Numbered from the stretch's first letter, positions 1-13,257 are shown. The stretch: DNA of 60,000 nucleotides from Felis catus (GCF_018350175.1 NC_058383.1:11906001-11966000); one strand, 5' to 3'. Numbers and translations: made by a program. The notes: generated from the sequence alone by a model not told the origin.

Positions 1-239
1 CAAACTCCTGAGTGTTTGGTCTGGGGGGTTGGACACAACTCCACCTGCTGTACAGGCAAAGCTCGACTGAACCCAAAGAAGCCTTGTCTGGGTTTGGTGT
101 GGAGGGAACAACCTTTGTTTCCTGCATTTTCTGTTGTTTCCTCACGTTGGCTCGGGTCGGGGGTTGGGGGGGTGGTATTTGGTAGATTGGTAGATTCCAC
201 GGGACTTCACACGTGGGTGTGCTGATGTGCGTGCTCAAG

Positions 240-900
240 AGAGATGTGTTCGCGTGCACCAACAGATGTACGTAAGAATGCTCATAGCTGCATTTGGGGT
301 TGTAAGCCCAAACTGTAAACAATCTAAATGTTTATCAGCATTAGAATGAGTAAATCCAGGGGCGCCTGGGTGGCTCCATCGGTTACGCGTCGGGCTTCAG
401 CTCAGATCACGATCTCGCAGTTCGTGAGTTTGCGCCCCGCGTCGGGCCCTGGGATGACGGCTCAGAGCCTGGAGCCTGTTTCGGATTCTGTGTCTCCCTC
501 TTTCTCTGCCCCTCCCACACTCATGCACTCTCTCTCTCTCTCTCTCTCTTTCTCTCTTAAAAATAAACATTTAAAAATTAAAAGAAAAAAGAATTAGAAT
601 GAATAAGTCCATCACAGAACTTTCATACAATGGAATTCTCCACAGCATTGAAATAAATGATCTGTCACTACATGAACGGATCTTACATACATCATGTTGG
701 GCAAAACAAACCACATACCAAAAACACATGTATGACTATATTAAGTTCAAGAAATAGGCAAACCGGTCCATTATATTTGAGGATGCCTGCTTACGTAGTA
801 AGACTATAAAGAAAAACAAGAAGGTTTTTAGGATACTCGACATCCTAGTTAAGATATGGGTTACTTTCCCGGAGAAACGAGGGGGGAGTAGTTACACAAG
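240..900 (+). mobile_element. Old L1 (L1MD/L1ME-like) 3' end fragment, interrupted by a SINE
   Basis: L1 3' motifs such as AGAATGCTCATAGCTGC..., CATACAATGGAATTCTCCACAGCA and GGATGCCTGCTTACGTAGTAAGACTATAAAGAAAAACAAG; subfamily from recall. Confidence 0.7.
359..593 (+). mobile_element. Feline Can-SINE (SINEC_Fc-like)
   Basis: GGGGCGCCTGGGTGGCTC head, (CT)n tract, A tail; degenerate TSD TTAGAATGAGTAAATCCA / TTAGAATGAATAAGTCCA. Confidence 0.95.
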
Positions 901-2009
901 GACCCAAGAGAAGTTTTTGAGCATGTTTTTGAGGGTTTTGCATTTTGACGCATCACTGTTACATACAGTAAAACCTTGGTCTGTGAGCATAATTCGTTCC
1001 AGACACAGGCTTGCGGTCCAAAGCACTCGTGCATCAAAGCGAATTTCAAGACCCATTGGCTCGGTTGTGATCATGTGACATTCGGCATCACATCTTGCTT
1101 GTATTGCCAGACATCACTCGTTTATCAAGTTAAAATGCATTAGAAATGTTTGCTCGTCTTGCGGAACATTCGTAGGGCAAGTTACTCGCCATCCAAGGTT
1201 TTACTGCAGATTTGTTTCGTGTAGTTTCCCATATAAAATGTACATTTAATGAATTTATTAAAAGCAAGTTGATAAAAAAAAGCCCTTGAGCCATCGCCCA
1301 CGGCAGCTGGTCTGGGCAGTTCATGCACTGGCCACAGATGCCACGTCTCTCTCTTGCTGGCTTCAGCTCGTGCTGACACCCACTGGCCCCATCACCTCTG
1401 ACTTCCCTACACGCTCCACTCTGTACTGAGTACCTCCAGATTTCCTTCCGAGGACAGGAAATGTTCTGACATCCCACCCAAACCGGGTGCTTCGTCCTCG
1501 GTTTACTTCCTCTCAAAGGGGTGCCAATAGCTTCCAGAAGCTGTGGCTGTTGCATCTGGTGGTAGGCCCGCTTGGCTGGATGGAGTGGGGGTCATCTACA
1601 GAAATTCCTGGAGCCATGGTCTTACCCTCCCCATGCTCTTTACTCCCAGGGACTGGACACTCAGCTATCGTCCATTGACCTCATGGCCCCCCGGGAGCCA
1701 ACCTGACAGGCAGCGTGCGCACTCTGTTATCCCCAATAGTCCTTTCTCCATTTTGTCAACTTTCTGCTATGCCAGGCTGCCAATACGTCCTCCTGATGTG
1801 CCCTAGGGGCAGAAGACTTTGGAGAGGCATCACGCAGAGGGAAGAAGATCACCCTCGTTCATTGTCTTTAGACTAGAACTAATGCCCTCAAGGTGCACTT
1901 ACCTAGGTACGTCCTAGCTTTTAAAAACCGATTGACCGTGTCCTCAAAGGGCACACTGATTGCAAGCGGCGTGAGGATGGGATGGGAACCAATGTTCATG
2001 GATGTCCCA

Positions 2010-2200
2010 CTATGTCTCAGACATGCTGTCGGGCTGTCATGTAATCCCACCCTATGGGGTACGTGCTATTCCCTCCAGTGTGCAGGTGAGGACACTGAGG
2101 CCCCAAAAGGGTCCCTGGCTCGTCCTTGTTCCCTCACACAGGGATCGAGAGGCCAGGGGCTGAGACTCGCCTGGGCTGGGCTTCAACGGAGCGCTTCCCA
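2010..2200 (-). mobile_element. MIR fragment
   Basis: MIR core-like GCAGGTGAGGACACTGAGGCCC preceded by AATCCCACCCTATGGGGTA. Confidence 0.5.
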
Positions 2201-2775
2201 TGCCGTTCCGGTTGGAGCTTCCGGACAGGATGACACGCAGGGCAGACCTGGAAAAATGAACATGTTACACTGTACACATCAGCCAAGTCAGATATTTGTC
2301 AAGGCAAATGGATCCTAATGTGAGGTGAGAGAGGAGAGATCTTCCTGCCGGTTACCTTCTTACTACCCTCGAGTGAACAAAGTAATTATTGGTGGAGGCA
2401 AAACCGTGGCGCCTGGATAACTCATTAGCTCTTATTTGTTTAAAGTCTGATGGCGTATGACAAAAGGATTTGTTCCAGATGTCAAAGCAGCACAATAGGG
2501 CTTAACAGCCTGCGTAGTAGGAAGGGGAGGAAATCGCGGGAGGTCACTGAGGCAGAGAGAGAGGCTGGTGGGGGCTGGGTCAACACTGCGAGAAGTCCCC
2601 ACCTGTCCCCCAGGGACGTCACCACTTTCGGTCCCACCTCATCCATAAATTCTCGGCCTACGATTCTGAACGTTAATGACTTTTCCAGTCTCTGAACTTA
2701 AGCTATTGGAAAGGATTATTGAGATAAGTTCCTTTTGGGGTTTGGTGCTGGAAAAACATTTTATCTGAAAAAAAT

Positions 2776-3390
2776 TATATATATTATATTGTGTATATTA
2801 TATGTGTATATTATATACGTATATTATATTATGTATATTATACATTAATTATATGTGTTTATTATATTATGTATATTATGTATATTATATGTGTATATTA
2901 TATGTGTATATTATATTATGTATGTTATGTATATTATATGTGTATATTATATTATGTATATTATGTATAGTATACATTAATTATATGTGTATATTATGTA
3001 TATTATATGTGTATATTATATTATGTATATTATGTATAGTATACATTAATTATATGTGTATATTATATTATGTATATTATGTATATTATACATTAATTAT
3101 ATGTGTATATTATATGTGTATATTATATGTGTATATTATATTATGTATATTATGTATATTATACATTAATTATATGTGTATATTATGTATATTATATGTG
3201 TATATTATATTATGTATATTATGTATATTATACATTAATTATATATGTATATTATATGTGTATATTCTATGTGTATATTATATTATGTATACTATGTATA
3301 TTATACATTAATTATATGTGTATATTATATTATGTATATTATATGTGTATATGTGTGTATTATATTATGTGTGCATATATATATATACAT
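2776..3390. repeat. AT-rich compound minisatellite (TATATTATG / TATATTATATGTG / TACATTAATTATATGTG modules)
   Basis: Directly visible; marker TACATTAATT at 2841, 2973, 3042, 3089, 3162, 3231 and 3304. Confidence 0.95.
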
Positions 3391-3622
3391 CATAATCACA
3401 TAATACGCTTAATTTGCCACGTTTTGCTTTTCCCGTTCGTTGTCGGGAAGCTCGGGCTGCATTTTCCTACTCTACTGCAGAGCTCTGCAGAGCCTCACTT
3501 CCTCATACGATTAACCGTCCACTTTGTTCCATGCCTTGTTCTATCACTATTTAAATGATCCTTTACTGGTTGTAGGCATTTTTACCCGCTTCACCCTGGT
3601 TCTCTTTTTTCTCCCCGCTTTA

Positions 3623-4040
3623 TGTTAAAGAACAAAGGTTCCACTGAGTAAATCTGAAGATGTAACCGGCTTTAGGAAACGATCCACGGTCAGGAGTCAC
3701 CTGGCCAACAGAAGGCAGCTCCAAAGACTTGTCTCAAGTGGAAGGTTTTTCTAGAAAGGACGGTGGGACAAGACGCTACTGGCAAAAGACAAGAAAGGAT
3801 TGTTTCGGGCACGGATCACGGGGAAGGGCAGGGGATCTTAGATCTTTCTTTAGGGGATGGAGAGAACCCATGTGACAGATGACCTCATGGGTGCAGACCA
3901 GAAAATTCCTGACTGGCCCGTGAAGACAACATTTCTGGGGAAGGCTGCAACCTCAATGAGGTTAGGCATTCGGCCCCAGTTTGGAGACTTGTCCTCTCAG
4001 AAGTGACCCCGTTTTAGGCCTGTAGTTCCTTTTTTTTTTA
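3623..4040 (-). mobile_element. Solo LTR, carnivore ERV LTR-like
   Basis: Starts TGTTAAAGAACAAAGG...ACTGAGTAAATCTGAAGATGTAACCGGCTTT, resembling the antisense end of carnivore LTRs; about 420 bp; family from recall. Confidence 0.55.
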
Positions 4041-4238
4041 ATGGCTATGTATTTTTGAGAGAGAGCGAGAGGGAGAGAGGGAGAGAGAGAGTGCACGCGC
4101 AGAGATAGAGGGAGACACAGAATCTGAAACAGGCTCCAGGCAGCTCAGAGTTGCAAGCAGGGCTCGAACTCACAAACCGGGAGATCCTACCCTGAGCCGA
4201 TGTTGGAGGCTTAAGCGACTGAGCCACCCAGGTGTCCT
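4030..4238 (-). mobile_element. Can-SINE
   Basis: T tail, (GA)n tract, GACACAGAATCTGAAACAGGCTCCAGG...GACTGAGCCACCCAGGTGTCC. Confidence 0.9.
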
Positions 4239-5309
4239 GTCGGCGAATTAATAAATCCCAAGGGAACCCTGCATTTTTCTATGAATAAATAGTTACCTGT
4301 CCCAAAGAGATTGGGACAGGGGTGCATGCCCATTTCCAACTTCCTCCCAGCTATTCATCTGGGAAGGCTTAGCTCCGAACGAGCAGTGAAAGCGGCCTGT
4401 TCTAATCTCCCACACTCTTGTGGTGGGCACGATCCAGAGGGCCCCTCCCTGATAAGAAATGCAAACTATTGTCCTTGCTGTGTGACCCCCACAAGCATCG
4501 CCAGAAATGCTTCTCACGCTTTTTCTGTTTCCTCCAAGTACCCGGAGCTGTGCCTCTCACCCGGAAAGCGGTCGATAAGTATTTGCGGGCGTAGACGAAC
4601 ATACTCCCCTCCTTCTCACCTCCAGTTGCCCAAGCCCAGCTGTCGGAACTAAACTATTGCAAAGCTTTTATCCTGGGTTCTTGGGTCCCTGGTCTGTTTC
4701 AGTCAGTCTGAACTTCCTTTGTCCGAGGCTGACCCTCCTAACTCCAATCCCCTTCCTTCCACTGTCTTCCTTCAACTCCTTCCTTGGCCTAAATACGCAT
4801 TGCTCAGCCAGGCCAGCTAAGGGCTCTAGCGAACAAGTTTTCAAACTTCGTGGCCTAAGCCCTTGAAAGGGTATTCCTTTCTCAGACTGCAGCCTGATAC
4901 GGCAGCTGGGGATCATTCTGAAACCTGGACGCCATCAGCCCTTTGGGGGCCAGAGTTTTCCAGTGGCTGTTCTGCAGCTGGCCAAACATGAGGGCCGGGA
5001 AGACGCACGGAGCATCGCGCAGTGTGCATCATTCTGTGCGCATCCCATGGTCCAGAACGCAGCCACTCGCCCCTCCCTATGGGCTCAGGAGAAAAAGAAT
5101 GGGCATACAGTGGTCTCTGAATGACCGATGTCGCAGGACACGTCGGACAGCGGCTCATAGTTCTTTTGCAGATCTTGGGATGATTGCCTGGCCAGGGGAA
5201 ATAACGGGGGTCTGTCTAATATTTGGAAGTCACCGATCCCATCACGGTTCGATCAGCAGAGATTAACCACAAGATCTGAGTCTTCTGACACTAAGGAGAG
5301 CCAACCCGT

Positions 5310-5500
5310 ATTGTGCACCAAGTTCTCCAGTAGGCACGTTACATTTTTACTTACTCTTCACCCTTCAGGAGCCAGGTTCTGCTACGGTGCCCATTTCACA
5401 GATGAACACACCAAGGAAGAGCGGGCTTGGGTACATTTTCCCGGCATCGCTCGGCTAACGAATGGCTGAGCCGGGATTTGAACGAGGTGGGCCGATTCTG
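5310..5500 (-). mobile_element. MIR fragment
   Basis: CCCATTTCACAGATGAA core and ATGGCTGAGCCGGGATTTGAAC. Confidence 0.6.
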
Positions 5501-6119
5501 GGACCTATGAATTTCACAACCGCGATCCTCGGCCCTCGAATTGGACGGGGCCAGCCAAGACAGTCTCTTTGATACTAGAGAGTGTGGGGGGCGGTCAAGG
5601 GAGCGTCCCTGCCTTTTACAGTCAGAAATAATCCTGGAGAGGCACTGAACCTTCACAGCCCACATGTACGGGGATCCCCTCCTATTTCTTGACCTTTCGT
5701 ACACAAATGGCTACAGAGGACGCAGTCCATTTAGCGGTGTGCTCTCTAAAGGTTACCGGCTCCTCTCCTCCGTCCCCACTCAGCTTTTCAACAATAAAGG
5801 GTATTTAACGAGCACCTACCATATGCCAGACACTTTTTTTAGGTGCCAAAATTGGAAGGAGATGAAGGAGTCACGACAGCCGGATGCAAGGCCTGTTCCC
5901 GGCAGCATCTGGACCATAAATGAAGAAGGAGGCAAAGTACAACAATGAGTCTATCAGAGCGAGGGCTTCACAGCCAAGCAGCTAGGAGGAGGCCGGCTGG
6001 TGTCGAGGGCCCTACAGAAAGCAGGGGTGATGGTGGCCAGAGATGTCCCCTGTTGAGAATAGCTGGGCAGGGACACGAATGACCCCAGAGAGCCCAGGGT
6101 TTTAAAATGTGGAGCGAGA

Positions 6120-6336
6120 GGGGCGCCTGGGTGGCTCAGTCGGTTAAGTGTCCGACTTCAGCTCAGGTCACGATCTCGCCGTCCGTGAGTTGGAGCCCCG
6201 CGTCAGGCTCTGGGCTGATGGCTCAGAGCCTGGAGCCTGTTTCCGATTCTGTGTCTCCCTCTCTCTCTGCCCCTCCCCCGTTCATGCTCTGTCTCTGTCT
6301 GTCTCAAAAATAAATAAACGTTAAAAAAATAATAAA
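6120..6336 (+). mobile_element. Feline Can-SINE
   Basis: Full head, body and tail; TSD TTTAAAATGTGGAGCGAGA / TTTAAAATGTGGAGCCAGA. Confidence 0.97.
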
Positions 6337-6483
6337 TTTAAAATGTGGAGCCAGAGCATTCTAGGGGGAGGGGAATGACAGGCTCAGAGACTCAGAGCAA
6401 CTTTTTGGTTTCGATACTGACAAGGCTTGCGCATGTTCAGGGTTTGTGACATTTACATTCTACTCGTAATGTTTTGCTGAATC

Positions 6484-6686
6484 TTTAAGTTTATTTATTT
6501 TGAGGGAGGCAGAGGCAGCACCAGCAGGGGAGGGGCGGAGAGGGAGAGGGAGAATCCCAAGCAGGCTCTGTCTGCGCTGCCGGCACAGAGCCCCACGTGG
6601 GGCTCGAACCCACGGAACCGTGAAATCACGTCCTGAGCCGAAATCAAGAGTCAGACGCTTCACCGACTGGGCCACCCAGGGCCCTC
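6484..6686 (-). mobile_element. Can-SINE (older subtype, AATCCCAAGCAGGCTC)
   Basis: TTTATTTATTTTGAG tail ... AATCAAGAGTCAGACGCTT ... GCCACCCAGGGCCC. Confidence 0.92.
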
Positions 6687-6699
6687 CCTGCTATTGCTT

Positions 6700-6909
6700 T
6701 TGAAAAACAGTTTATTTTGAAATAAGCGCCAACGTACAGAAGAGTTGAAAGGATGGAAGTGTTGACGATGAAGGAGAGTTAAAAAATCTCTCATTCGCCC
6801 ATATTTCCCAGCTGCTAATGTCTCCTTGCCTTACTTCATATCTTCCCTCCCTCATCCTCTCCCTCCCTCTTTCCTTTCCTCTCTTTCTCTCTCTGTCTCT
6901 GTCTGTCTG

Positions 6910-6963
<54 letters not shown>

Positions 6964-7800
6964 CTTTTTCCTTCGCCATTTGCGAGCAAGCCGTAGACGT
7001 GATATGCCTTCATTTGTAAATATTCTAGTATATATTCTCTAAAACAGAGATAACCACTCTCCAAGCCTACGAGTCAGGGAGACAACATCTTTCCAATGCT
7101 ACCATCCCATCCATAGATTTCCATTTTGCCAGCTGTCCCAACCGTGTGTCTTTGTCCGACATGGTCTAGCATGCCACCCGGCAACCTGGGCTGCATTTTG
7201 TGGTGAAGCATGCTATGCCCTCCAACCTAGAACAACTCTTTGTCTTTCCTGTCTCTCCTGTCCTCAACCATTTTAGAGCACTGGCCTCACACGCTGTCAG
7301 ATGCCCCTCAGGGTGGTCTCCCCGGGACCAGCTTCAGATCATGCGTCCTTGATAGGGGCATCACGGGAATGATGCCGTGCCCTTCTCGGCACGTTACCTC
7401 TAGACATACATGACGTCAGCCCATTCTTCCCACCAATGCTGATATTAACCTTGATCAACCGGTCATGCTGGTGTGTGCCAGGTTTCTCTGCCGTAATGGC
7501 ATCATTTTCCTCCTTGTAACCCATTATCGTTCCACGGGGGTATAGTGTGAGATCGTGTCATTATGTACATCCTCAAACTGCCACCCACCTACCTTTGCAC
7601 GCCCGAATCAACTCCAGCCCGGATCAATAACCACAGGTCCGCCATATCCAACGACCACTACGATGGCTGCCAGATGGTGACCTTCCATTTCTAACATTCC
7701 TATTACTTATTAGTTTGATTTTACTATAATGTAGAGTTCTGCCTTCTCCATTTGTTTATGTACCTAGGTACGGACCCAGACCTTCTTATTTTCCGCACTA
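6700..7800 (-). mobile_element. Old L1 (L1MC4/5-like) 3' end with an embedded (TC)n(CA)n microsatellite at about 6880-6960
   Basis: TTTTATTTTGAAATAA...ACAGAAGAGTTGAAA, TTTTGCCAGCTGTCCCAA and GATATTAACCTTGATCA motifs. Confidence 0.65.
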
Positions 7801-8009
7801 TATTATAATCCATGATACTTACACGCAGTTCTGAAATCACGATTTTTTTTTTTTAGCTGAGTCTTACACAGTTAGATGGACTCAATGTTTACAGCCAATC
7901 TGTTTACCATTTCTAGGTTGCATTTCTCGGTTGGCTGAAGTTTATCATCTAGAATTTCTTTAACAAGACCCTATGGGATTTCTATTCTCTAACCCTAAAA
8001 TATTTTTTT

Positions 8010-9682
8010 TAACCCATCACAGCTTTATTGAGTTATATTTCATATACCATGCAATTCATTCACTTTACACAATTCAATGGTTTTTAGTATATCCACAGAG
8101 TTGTGTAACTATTACCACAATTAAGTTTAAAACATTTTTATCACTCTCAAAAGGAATCTGGTAGCCACCTTCCATTTTCCCCCCTATCCTCTCTGGTGCT
8201 TGACGAAAACCAATGTGTTCTCTGTCTATATAGCTTGACCTTTAAGGGACATTTCTCACCTAAATGGAATCCTACAATATATGGGGTCCTTTGTGACTGG
8301 CCTTCTTTTACTCAGCATACTGTTTTCAAGGTTCCTCCACATTGCAGTACATTCCTTTTACCCTGAAAAATATTCCAAGGTATGGAAACACCACATTTTG
8401 TTTATCCATTCATCTGCCGGCGGGCATCGAACAATTCCACTTTCGGTTGTTCTGAAAAATGCCGCTATGAACGTTCATGTAGTCTTTGTGTGGACATACA
8501 TTTTCATGGACCTTTGGTTCACGCAGGAGCGGAATTGCTGGGCTGTACGGGAACTCTGTGTTTACCATTAGGCAAATGGTGGCTGACGACGTGGCGTCCT
8601 TTTTCGTGGGCTTATTGGCCATTCGTATCTCTTCTTTGGAGAAATCTCTACTCATACCCTTTGCTTATTTTTAAACTGGGCCATGCGTCATTTTATTGTT
8701 GTGTCACTAACATTCTTTATATATTCTAGTGAGAATTCCCTTGTAAGATATACGATTTGCAAATATTTTCTCCCATTTGCAGGTTGTCTTTTTGCTCCCT
8801 TTGAAGCACCGCACTTTTTATTTTGGATACAGCCCAATTTCGCCATGTTTCTCTGTGTTGTGTGCCCTTTTGATGCCATATCTAAGAAATTCTTGCCTGG
8901 TCCAAGATCATGAAGATTTACTTCTATGTTTTCTGAAAAAAGTTTCATAATCTATAAAGCTATTACTTTTAAGCGTTTGATGGTTTTGAATTAATTGTTA
9001 TATATGCTATGGGGTAGAGACCTAATTCATTTTTTTTTTTTTTTTGCGTGCGAATATCCTGTTTTCCCAACACCATTTGCTCAAAGGACTACTCTTTCTG
9101 CTATTGAATTGTTTTGGTGCCTTTGTCAAAAATCAATTGCATGTTTATAGCCGCGCTTTCAACAATTGGCAAATGATGGAAAGAGCCGAAATGTCCACCC
9201 ACCGATGAATGGATAAAGAAATTGTGGTTTATATACACAACGGAATACTATGCGGCAATGACAAAGAATGAAATCTGGCCTTTTGTAGCAACGTGGATGG
9301 AACTGGAGGGTGTTACGCTAAGTGAAATGAGTCCTACAGAGAAAGACAGATACCATATGTTTTCACTCTTATGTGGATCCTGAGAAACTTAACAGAAGAC
9401 CACGGGGGAGGGGAAGGAAAAAAAAAGTTAGGGAGGGAGCCAAACCATAAGAGACTCTTAAAAAGTGAGAATAAACTGAGGGTTGATGGGGGGTGGGAGG
9501 GAGGGGAGGGTGGGTGATGGGCATTGAGGAGGGCACCTGTTGGGATGATCCTGGGTGCTGTATGGAAACCAATTTGACAATAAATTTCATATTAAAAAAA
9601 TCAGTTGCATGTAAATGTGATGGAATATTTTTAGATCCTCAATTCTATTCCATTGATCTATATGTCTACCTTATTCCAGTAC
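8010..9682 (-). mobile_element. L1MB-like 3' portion, split by a younger L1
   Basis: CAGCTTTATTGAGTTATATTTCATATACCAT... 3' end; antisense ORF2 C-terminal peptides (NLHDLGPGKNFLDMASK; DFSKEEIRMANK); resumes after 9612. Confidence 0.85.
9141..9600 (+). mobile_element. 5'-truncated feline-type L1 (L1_Fc-like) 3' end
   Basis: ...GATCCTGAGAAACTTAACAGAAGACCA...AACCAATTTGACAATAAATTTCATATTAAAA; TSD AAAAATCAATTGCATGT (9128-9144) / AAAAATCAGTTGCATGT (9596-9612). Confidence 0.92.
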
Positions 9683-10114
9683 GAAAATGTTTTCCTTTGG
9701 CCTTTATACTTGAACAAAAGTTCTGCTGGGTGCAAAATGATTGGAGTTATCATTTCTTACTCTGAAGATTTTGGGGTGTAATTCCGTTGACTCTAGCACT
9801 GAGTATAGAGAAGGCTGAGGTCTGATGACTGATTTTTAGCCTCAGAGCCAACACCAAAAGGACCGCTTATCTAAATGTTCACTGTTTCTTAGAATAATAC
9901 ATCTTGGTGCAAATGGTCCCATGTCAGGTTTTCCGGAAAGCATGTTGTCGTTTCATTATGTAGGTGTGATCTTTATTTCATACAGAGTTTTCTTAAATGC
10001 TAAATCTTAAGATGCGTTTTTTTTTTGTTTGTTTAATTATTTCGGTCTCTTGGGGATGATAATTATGGCAGGTTGGAACTCTTTTGACTTTGTTCTCTAC
10101 ATCGATATGCAGAG

Positions 10115-10232
10115 TTAGATAATAGATGATAGATTGAGAGATGGATGAATAGATGGATGGATAGATAGATAGTAGGTGGATGGATGGACAGATAACATAT
10201 GGACAATGTTATAGACAGATGATATACAGATG
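10115..10232. repeat. Degenerate (GATA/GGAT)n simple repeat
   Basis: Directly visible. Confidence 0.8.
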
Positions 10233-12062
10233 GTCTCGACTCCTTCCTCCATAATAACCCCTGTGCTTTTAACCACATGAATTCCTTTTTGTCCTGTCTC
10301 TAATGTAGCTTGTAAATTTCGGCTTTTTATTATTCTCTTCTACTTCCTCCTTGTTCGCTTCTTTCTGCCAGCTTATGTTTCATCTCATTCTGTCATCTTG
10401 CCGTATATTCTCTGTGCGCTTATCTTTCGGCCTCGAGCTTTATTTTTTCAAAACGCTCCCTCGAAATCTTCCTCCGTGAACGAAACTACAGTGACACTCT
10501 TCTGTTCGAAGACCGTGTTCTTCCTCTGGGGGTTTCTCATGGGCCATTTCCTCTTGCTTATCGCCTCTCATGTCCCTGCTCCGTGTCCATACAGTTCCCG
10601 TCTTGGTCCCTTTCCTGGTACAGTTTTTCTGGAGGTACCATCTGTGTAAGGATCTGTGTTGGGGAGGGCAAGGGCCACTATTCAGGTCCGAAGGAATTTT
10701 CCCTGCTGAAGTGTCCAGGGCTCCTCCGTGCCCATGTGAGCAGACCCCAACTGCCTTCAGCTGACGGAAGCCTGCTCTCAGTAGGATTCCTCTTGACCGC
10801 CTGGCCTACTTCCTGCACCTGGGGCACACCTGCGCCAGTGTTGACAATTTTTTTTTTAACAGAAATATATATTATCTCTATAATCCGGAAATGCATTGTA
10901 TTAGAAAAAGAAGGTTCACACGGCTGCAGCAGGATGAAAGGACAACGGTGAGTTAAGGAGCTGGGTCTACCAGCCGGTCCCTCTCAAGTGCACCAGACTA
11001 ATAGCTAAGGACAGGTCAACTGAGGGGGCCGGAGGGCTCAGACCTGGCGAGGCAAAATGGGCCACTCCAGTGAAAGAAATCACCAGGTGAAGCAGGAAGA
11101 AAAAACCCCGAAGCAAGGCTGGGCAGAGGGGAGATCCTACACATCCAGATTATTACTACAACCACGTAACTCCCATGCAGGAGGCGACTGAAGCTCCGAG
11201 GGGTTAGGTCAGTTGCCCAAAGTCCCTCCATCTTGAAAATGCCGATTAAATCATGTTCTTCTAATTCCACATCATCCCAGGGCTTTTCCTCTCCTTCCTG
11301 CCTACTTATTAGCTCTCCAGCCAGGGTGACTCAGTGTAGGGTGATGCTATTAACTGAGAGAGGGAGCGTGCAGAGGGAAGGAGGCGGCTTGCAGGGAGAG
11401 ATAATGAGCTCTGTTTTGGACATGATGAGTTATTGTGAGTGCAGCGCTCTCCTGTTGGAGTAACATGGAGGCAGAGGCATCGTTTCCTGCGAAAGCCCAC
11501 TGTTCCTGTCACCTCGCTCCTGTCAGTCAAGCGAGGAAAAAAAAAATAATGTGTCTAGAAACCTGCTGGCGGCTGTCTTTCCCCCAGAATGAAGCCACCC
11601 AGTACAGAGGACACGGGATCTCAAGGAGACGAGGCTTTGACAGCCCCTGTCCGTGGCCCAAATAGCATCGGGAGCATCTCCTGGCATCCATCTGGCTCCG
11701 GGCTCTTGAATGGGGGCATTCCAGACACCTGGGAGGCAGAGGGGCTGGAAACAGCGACAGCTTTATTGAACTCTCCAGGGCTTCAGAGAGTCGCCTTCCC
11801 CGTTGTGATCTAGGCAGCCAGCCTCAAGGGAATTTGACCAAGGCCAAGTTCTTCCCCCAGGGCCGACGAGCACAACATCCAGAGCCATCCTCGGCCTTTG
11901 CGCGTAGACCCGTTTGCCAAGACTGCCAAGGGGGTGGGTTCCAGCAACAAGAGCAAAGCACCCACAGGAAACACACCCCACCAAACTAACGGCAACCTGT
12001 GTGAGATAACATTTTTGTCCAAGAGGTCACTGTTGAATCTCAAGCCTATTTTTCTTGTCTTT

Positions 12063-12202
12063 CTTTTAAAAGTTGTTTTATGTTTATTGATTTTTGAGAG
12101 AGAGAGAGAGAGAGAGTGTGAGCAGAGGAGAGACCGGGGGGGGGGGGGGGGGGAGAGAGACAGAATCTGAAGCGGGCTCCAGGCTCTGAGCTGCCAGCAC
12201 AG
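12063..12202 (-). mobile_element. 5'-truncated Can-SINE with a poly-G run
   Basis: T tail, (GA)n tract, ACAGAATCTGAAGCGGGCTCCAGGCTCTGAGCTGCCAGCACAG, then similarity is lost. Confidence 0.85.
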
Positions 12203-12359
12203 CTGGCCATGCACCCAACTCCAATGTGATGTTAGCTCTTTGTTAGGTTTATTTATTTATTTTTCAGATTAAATAAATGAATCACCTGCTATATACCCAA
12301 CACCACACGAGCAGCTTTGCCTCTTTTAATTTTGTACGCCCACGAAAACCAGCAGACCC

Positions 12360-12670
12360 TGTATCAGTCAGGATTGGCTAGGTTATGCTACCGTAACAAG
12401 CATCCCTCCTGTCTTAGTGGCTTATAATGGTTTCTTACTCACTCACACTGCATGTCTAATCATTAAGCTGGCAGTTTTGCTCCCAGATTTCCTCACCCCC
12501 TCGGATCCAGACAACGGAGCGGCCACCTTTGCCAGTCTCAGGGGGCACAGAGGAGGAACGGGGTGAATCGCAACCTGGCCGGTAGCTCCCATCCAGAAGT
12601 GATGTGACCACCATGCCACTTGGCCCTGCCTGAAATCAAAGGGCATGGGATGGAGGGAGGGCAACCAACT
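12360..12670 (-). mobile_element. MaLR LTR (MLT1J/K-like)
   Basis: TGTATCAGTCAGGATTGGCTAGGTTATGCTACCGTAACAAGC...TTAGTGGCTTA terminus typical of old MLT1. Confidence 0.7.
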
Positions 12671-13257
12671 GCCTCAGAGAAGCATGCAGGTTTGGTGAAC
12701 GGGTTTCTCACAAGGGAAACTGAGGCTCTTGGTTAAGTCAGTGAGCCAGGTGTAAGGAAGTGAATCACGGTCTGTCTGAACACGGAACACAGGGCATCCC
12801 ATTTGTCTCTTTGGTCTGCTTGCTTCTCGTGTCTTCACGGAGCCTAATGCTTGGTCTCTCTGGAAAAGCCAGTTGGCAAGGCGCCTTGTGACACCCAGAA
12901 GCGGGCCTTTGTCACTCTGATGTGGCACAGATTTCCAGGCCAAGTGCCAAGTGCTGTCCGGACTTGTGGCGATGTCCTTGTGGATATGGTACTCGTAATC
13001 CAAGTCTATGCCTGCTTTTCCAAAATGGCTTGCTGGCCCAGCTTCCTGAGCAACCCCTACCTTGCAAAACCAAAATGCAAATCTCGTTACCCACGCTCCA
13101 ATTCGAGAAAACTCCTGGAATATCTCTATGTATAGAAATGTGATGGAGGAAGAAAGAGTGTACATACCCCCTCCTTTGTGAAGCATTGAGCAACTCATTA
13201 TTCATCAAACGGCATTTCAGAACAGTGTGGTTGTTTTAATTCAACCCTTTTTAACTT

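Noticed and set aside
359..440. tRNA genes
   Set aside because: The A/B-box-like sequences are tRNA-derived SINE heads followed by SINE body and tail, not standalone cloverleafs
328..597. Recurrent MAQSVKRPTSAQVMISRFVSSSPASGS-type ORFs throughout the window as a gene family
   Set aside because: All are translations of Can-SINE bodies
2802..3558. Y/I/C/M-rich ORFs of 169 and 151 aa
   Set aside because: Translations of the AT-rich repeat; low complexity and no gene context
12674..13198. 174-aa minus-strand ORF
   Set aside because: No recognisable domain, it ends in MIR-like sequence, and there is no supporting splice or promoter context
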